DNA from: Botryllus schlosseri | Lineage: Eukaryota | Assembly: GCA_051294905.1 (NCBI GenBank) | Contig: CM119385.1 | Location: 10,974,001-11,038,000 of the forward strand | Length of the DNA stretch: 64,000 nucleotides | Reading direction: 5' to 3' | Part shown: piece after piece, positions 57,869 to 64,000 of the stretch | How positions within the stretch are numbered: position 1 is the stretch's first letter | Layout of the letters: every line of letters starts with the position of its first letter | The notes under the pieces: generated by a model | Told to the model about the DNA's origin: nothing | The model's input: the letters and a program-made list of their open reading frames with translations, nothing else | Database searches by the model: none | Translations under genes and position numbers: made by a program

Positions 57869-60066
57869 ATGATGAAGCCGTACAAGGAGACTCATACGTT
57901 CGGTATGTATTCTTAAGATAATATTGAAAGCATTCGGAAAAGTATCAACTCTGCTTTTGTAGAGGAAAGGGTAGAAGAATCGAAGCGCATACGCCGGGAA
58001 CATCCAGACAAATATCCAGTGAGTCTTGCTACAGTGTCCTCATAAAGTCCATGTCTATTATCCTGATTTATCAGTTCTCCGTTTAATTGGGAGAGGCTAA
58101 TCTCTGCCAACCTACTTGAACCTAATCTTTCAGATAGTCAGCATTGATTACCCTCCATAGTGTGTATTGTTTAGTTCTCAATTAGAAGTTAATCCTAGTG
58201 ATGTGATGTGATTTCTGCTTCACTAATTACACTACAGTTGTTTTAATTTACTGTTGCCTGCATCCTCCTATCCTGAATATTGACAGCCTGATCAATACAC
58301 ATAGCTGTCGAAGGAACACTGCCTTGAGGGAATAAGATTGAGAGACACCATGTTGTCTTAGCTTCAAGCTTTTATTCTTTGATTAAAAGCGGCATCTCTC
58401 GTCTTCAAAGTTCACAGACGAAATGTCATTCTATCGTATGCAGCGATTTTCTGTGTTTCAGTGTTGGGATGACTTAACGGTTGACTCGGAGACGAATTTT
58501 TTTTTAGCCCTCAAATATGCTACTTCGTAAAACCGATATTTGATGACTTGGAATCGACTCAAAATCGGATGGATAAAGTTGAATAGTGAGAGACGAATGT
58601 TCCGAGTACTGAAATTATATATTCCTTGCCATTAAGAAGTTGATTTTTCAACAAAAATTATAGTTCCAAAACTATTTTCCGATGTGGAAGCCTTGATTGG
58701 TCGCATCCAGGGTTGTAATGACTCAAGTCATTTTCTCAAAATACGGAATTGGCTCGACTCGAGTCAATCTGTGTATTGACTCGACTTGGAGTTGAGTCAT
58801 TGCGCATGACTCGAACCAAGTCGTATGACTCGAGACTCAGACAGCCGAGACCAAGATTTCATTATAATTTCGAATAACAGTAAAGTCACCACACTTTTGT
58901 GATTTCGTCTGTTGGTGCCGGTACTTGAAAATGCGACCAGTAACTGCTAAAAATGAGGAAAATTAGTATATTATAAATGCGAACCATTCGATATCACCAA
59001 ACAGCGTTATATAAAGTGGGTTTAACAAGACTTAAACTGGAAACTGAGCAGAATGAGCAGTCAACATAATGAGCTGGACTCGGACTCGACCCTCTGCTCG
59101 CTGACTTGGACTCGAACTTGACTCGGCGGTGAATTGAAAATGACTTGAAGTGACTCGAGTCAAAACTATAAAAGTGCGATTGACTTGTGACTCGGAGCTT
59201 TGTGACTTGGTTACAACCCTGGCCGCATCCCAACAACAAAGCTATGCATATTAGTGGAAATGACACATCTGTGAATCCGTGATCAACGGAATGCATTGTC
59301 ACGAAGTCAAATGAATTAGGTATGGTCCATAAAATACTTGACAATATAATTATTCTTTGTGGTCGCATGAAAGCCACATATTAGAGCTTTCCATATCATC
59401 CATGCGACCATGCCGCTGTGATGTCATGAGTGGTGTTTGAATACTCGAATCGAGTCTCTGGGTAGCCGATTTTCCCCTACTTGTGACTAAACGTTAGTGA
59501 CTCGATGCCAACACTGCTCTGTTAAAGTGTGCACTGTGCAGGTTACCTAATCACTTTTAGCACAAAACCAAAGCCCAGAAGTTATAAGATGTCTCCTCCC
59601 CCAAGAGATGTCTCCTCCCCCAAGAAATAACAACACATGTCCAAGTTTAGGTGACACGACTGTATTTATCAGTTTGCTGAGATACGTTGTCGTCATCCCT
59701 GCTACGCTTACTTTTAACAAATGTGTATAATCGTAGGTAATCATCGAAAAATATCGGGAAGAGAAGAATTTGCCGATCATAGACAAGCGTAAGTTCCTGG
59801 TACCGGGTGATATGGCGATGTGCCAACTAATTCAAATGACCAGGTATTCAGAATTTTATCTTTCATATTTGATTTTGGTTACTCGACATTTTGATTCGTC
59901 ACTCAGGTCCAGAATGCATCTGACGCCCTCGCAAGCTTTGTATTTCCTTGCGAATCAAAAGACTGTTGTAAATGGCTCGTCGACAATCGGGCTAGTTTAT
60001 CAAGAAGAGCGGGATCCTGACGGATATCTGTACTTCACGTATGTGTCACAGGAAACCTTCGGTTGA
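57869..60066 (+). CDS. Second, divergent ATG8/LC3-family protein, 118 aa, ending ...SQETFG-stop
   Basis: Exons 57869-57902, 57963-58018, 59737-59843, 59907-60066 (TGA), with the same 56/107/160-nt exon sizes as the upstream LC3. Protein: MMKPYKETHTFEERVEESKRIRREHPDKYPVIIEKYREEKNLPIIDKRKFLVPGDMAMCQLIQMTRSRMHLTPSQALYFLANQKTVVNGSSTIGLVYQEERDPDGYLYFTYVSQETFG. Confidence 0.92.
58708..59221. mobile_element. hAT MITE family A copy (reverse) in intron 2 of the second ATG8 gene
   Basis: cagggttgtaa ... ttacaaccctg. TSD gtcgcatc/gccgcatc. Confidence 0.9.
59587..59624. repeat. 19-bp tandem duplication
   Basis: agatgtctcctcccccaag x2. Confidence 0.9.
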
Positions 60067-61130
60067 TATTTTGCAGCCATTAATGCCTTCAACACTTCCC
60101 GAATGCAACGATATTACGCAGATGTGCAGTTTTTAAAAAGTTTGAAAATGTAATCGTGTTAATGTCAGTATGCACGCGGCACAGCTGACATTTTGTGTAA
60201 TGGTGCTTTTGTACATTTTGTAAATACTGTTATCTATTGACAATAAGTTTTTCTACGTATTTTGTACATTACTGTGATGTGTATTGAGACTCGAGCGGTT
60301 ATCTCACTTGCCGACCAGACGATATCTGTTGCTTTTCTGGTATGCACAATCATTGTAACACCCGTCGTTAATTTGTGAATATGGTACTTTTCTGCAATGT
60401 TCGTACTTTATTAAATTTTTACCATTGTACACGCACAGTGTGGAGTGTGCAACGTATTTACCGAGGTTAGATATAGACGGGACAGTCCCGCCTTTTAGTT
60501 TCTCGACCAGAGGCAGTCACCGGTCAAATATAGCACTTCAAGCTGCTCAGTGTACGCAACTAAGTTCTGCCTATTTGCACTACTATTCTCAACTACTTCC
60601 ACTACGCTCACTTTTGAGATGTGTCCGTCACGTTTTGGATGAATCTGTCATAGCAATTGTGCTAAATAGCTCCCGTGTGAACCCCCGAAGCAGTATTGAC
60701 ATGTTTTAGAAATCGCTAACTTTTAATTGAGTAGATGTGCACAGCGATGACTTATACACAGTGTTGGGATCAAGTCACTAACTTCGAGTCACGATTCATT
60801 GCAGATTTTGACTCGAGTCAAGTCAATCGATTTTCAAAGGTGACTCGACTCAAGTCAAGTCACTCGTTTTTTGGACGTGACTCGTGTCAAGTCAAATTGA
60901 ATTTTCGAATAAGTATGAGTGATGATTCAAAGTCATTACATTTTGCTAGCTGTGTGAAAGACGGATTAATTGATCATTTTTCTTGAATCAAATAACGGAT
61001 AGTTAAATATTCACATGCAAAAAGACGTTGTATCCCTCACGCACACGTAGAACTGGTAATAAAATACGAGAGTAATTGTACAGCTACATGCTACAGTCAG
61101 TTATTATCAGCCAGAATATAGGACCTAATA

Positions 61131-61477
61131 TAGGCTTACCATATTTTGGAAATCTAAAAAGAGGACACTTTTTCGGAAATTTGAGACTTGCAAAATCGGA
61201 GAATTCTCAAATACCGGTGAATTTTTCCCACTTTGTGATCGGTTGACTAAAAAAAAAAAAGGTCATCTTTCCGCCCGGAGCTAAAATAACCGTTTTTCAC
61301 TCCGAAATACCCGCCGGTGCGTCAGTTTTGTGCTAATTTACGGCATATCACGCGCAATTTGTTCTAAATCTGACCTAAATTTTCAAAAAAGAGGACAAAA
61401 TCTCAAAAAAGAGGACTAAAGGGCGTCCTCCGAGGACACTTTCAAAAAAGAGGACAAATGGACGTATGGTAACCCTA
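61131..61477. mobile_element. hAT MITE family C copy (nested)
   Basis: taggcttaccata ... tatggtaacccta. TSD acctaata/acttaata. Confidence 0.87.
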
Positions 61478-61757
61478 ACTTAATACGAAGCTTCGAGAAG
61501 TTGAAACAACTTGATATGGTACAATAGCCTACACTACCAATCTCCACATCGGTGAGAATATGAACGCACAAACTATATTTGTTCGATTTAAATCCCACAA
61601 GAGGGTTGGTAAATGTGAGCACTGCGTAACGTAAGCGTCGTGCCGTCTAAGAAATAGAGACACATTGCTATTAGATAAATCTTCTACTACTACTTCGACC
61701 ACGAAAGCTGTGAGCGTTTAGTTGGCGGTCAATTTATTTGTGATCTAACAATGGATG

Positions 61758-62335
61758 CAGGGTTGTAATGACTCGAGTCAGACTCGAGTCACGATTTTCT
61801 GATGACTCAACTTGACTCGAGTCATTCCCTCAAAATACGGAAATGACTCGACTCGACTCAGTTTGTGTATTGACTCGACTTGGACTCGAGTCATTGCGCA
61901 TGACTCGAACCAAGTCATATGACTCGAGTCTCAGACAGCCAAGACCGACATTTCATTGGAATTACGAAGAACAGTGTAAAGTAACCACCCTATTGGGATT
62001 TCGTCTATTGGTACTGGTACTGGAAAATGCGACCAGAAGCTGTTGAAAGTGAGGAAAATTAGTATATTATAAATGCGAACCATTTGATATCACCAAACAG
62101 AGTTATAAAAGTGGGTTCAACAAGACTTTAACTGGAAACTGAGCAGTCAACACAATGACTTGGACTCGACTCGAGTCATAATACCGTGACTCGGACTTGA
62201 CCCTCTTTTCGCTGACTTGGACTCGGACTTGACTCGGTGGTGAATTGAAAATGACTCGACTTGACTCGAGTCAAATAAACTATAAAAGTAGGATTGACTT
62301 GTGACTCGGAGCTTTGTGACTTGGTTACAACCTTG
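61758..62335. mobile_element. hAT MITE family A copy (reverse, nested)
   Basis: cagggttgtaa ... ttacaaccttg with a perfect TSD aatggatg. Confidence 0.92.
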
Positions 62336-62674
62336 AATGGATGATAGAGTAACGTAGAATCAGTGAATGACTGCATGGTTGCTCTCACAAGTGACACTGG
62401 CAATCCGAACATACACAAGATATAGTGATTTATTCGACGCCGTTTACTTGATGACTTGAAATTGACTCGTAAATTTTGCTCCGAGTCACGAGTCAATGTA
62501 CATTTTTGAAGTTCCAAGTCAAGTCATTTTTCCAAAGTGACTCGAGTCAAGTCAAATCATAAGAAAAAGTTGACTCGAGTCATCCCAACACTGCTTATAC
62601 ACACTACTTGAACACCAACCAGGGCAGTGGAGTCTGTTCAATTTAGCCTACCTCCAACTCCGGAAGCTTTAAAC

Positions 62675-63382
62675 CAGGGCTGGCCAACCTTTTCAGCCAA
62701 AGGGCCACATTCGATTGGCGAACTGTTGCGCGGGCCACTAGCCGCGCGAAGCGCGAAAATTTTGTGAAGTTCACAGGTCAATAATATTGTCACCTGACTA
62801 TATTGCGGGCCTGCTGTATATCGATGGGCTCAGTTTGCAAGGACTGAGCTATCGGCGTCTGGTCACATCGATATCGAAAGTTTCGACCAACATGCGTCAA
62901 TCATTTTGTGCCTAGGTTTCATAGTCGACGGTCTTTCTGCGAGTGCAAACGCAAAGTCGCATATGTTGAACGACACTCTGTCTCGTAATCGCGAATATAG
63001 TTAGATTTAATCCGATACATTAGGCGTTCTTTCATTTTCACAAAGGGGCAACAATATTAAAAGCAAGAAATCGAGTGACAACATGTTGCGCGAAGCGTGT
63101 AGAAAATTTTTACTTTTGATAAATCTATCGCAAATCATTCTGCTTTATTGTAGTGTACGAAGATCTGCCAATATGCGACTGGCTCCGGGATCTGCCAATG
63201 CGTCATCGGAACTGATATTTTAGTCATCACATCTCAAGTGTTGCGGCCTGATTAATTAAATTTTGGGTTGGCCTCACAAGTTCACAATATGTGCAACCCA
63301 TTTTTGATAACATTAGAAATTTGGGAAATTAACTCGCGGGCCACTCAAAACCTTCTCGCGGGCCACGGGTTGGCCGGCCCTG
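62675..63382. mobile_element. Non-autonomous hAT element, TIR CAGGGCTGGCCAACC
   Basis: cagggctggccaacc ... ggttggccggccctg, perfect TSD ctttaaac, gcgggcc subterminal repeats. Confidence 0.9.
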
Positions 63383-63689
63383 CTTTAAACGCCACTAGTT
63401 CAGCTGTGACTCCCAATATTATCTTCACGTAACTCCAACGACGATATTCCTTACTTCAGAAAATTTTACAATTATTACATTTTCAGTTATTAATAGTACC
63501 AAGATGAATCAACTAACTGTTTTAATTTAATTGTGATCGCAAAAAGAAATTACGTTCGTGAAGGTCCGTTTATTAACATTTCGGAACATGTGATTAGATT
63601 TTATAGTAGTCTGAGTCGAGAGAATTTTGACAGTCAGTAGCCTATGTGTGTGACTCCGTCAAGGGGAAATTTATCGAAATCCACAGCCT

Positions 63690-64000
63690 TGGTACCACTG
63701 CGGTCAAGTCGAGTCATTTTTAGTTCACCACCGAGTCAAGTCCGAGTCCAAGTCACTGACCAGAGGGTCGAGTCCGAGTCATGGAATTATGACTCGAGTC
63801 CGAGTCCAAGTCATTGCGTTGACTGCTCAGTTTCGAGTTAAAGTATTGTTAAAACCACTTTTTATAACTCTGTTTGGTGATATCGAATTGTTCGCATTTA
63901 AAATATACTAATTTTCCTCACTTTTCACAGTTTCGGGTCGCATTTTCACGTGCCAGTAACAATAGGTAAAACACCAACAGTGTAGTTACTTTACTATTCT
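63690..64000. mobile_element. hAT MITE family A copy running off the window end
   Basis: Collinear with the internal part of 15094-15660 (caccgagtcaagtccgagtc...tttataactctgtttggtgatatcgaa). Confidence 0.8.

Larger units (their letters stand above)
60759..62593. mobile_element. hAT family B element hosting family C and family A insertions
   Basis: cagtgttgggat ... atcccaacactg with a perfect TSD cttataca (60751-60758, 62594-62601). Confidence 0.92.

Overview
This is an AT-rich, intron-containing animal (invertebrate) genomic window. It is not prokaryotic, and I found no CRISPR array, rRNA or true tRNA. I reconstructed seven protein-coding genes exon by exon, all on the + strand: STK11IP (5' part lies outside the window), an intronless SLC25A46, PDCD6/ALG-2, an LRR-Ig single-pass receptor, TEX2, and two tandem ATG8/LC3 genes that both end directly in the conjugating Gly. 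Many introns are 55-62 nt; the rest are inflated by transposons. At least 11 non-autonomous hAT-type families are present, most with readable 8-bp target-site duplications (TSDs) and often nested. There are also two hAT transposase relics, 5'-truncated L2/CR1-type LINE ends and two tRNA-derived SINE families. The main unannotated signal is a dispersed repeat with four motif-bearing copies whose consensus is an intact minimal type I hammerhead ribozyme of the Penelope/retrozyme kind. In all six genes whose start lies in the window, a splice acceptor sits just upstream of the ATG. This is compatible with SL trans-splicing or operons as in tunicates, which is inference only. All protein and family identifications come from recalled family motifs; no database search was run.
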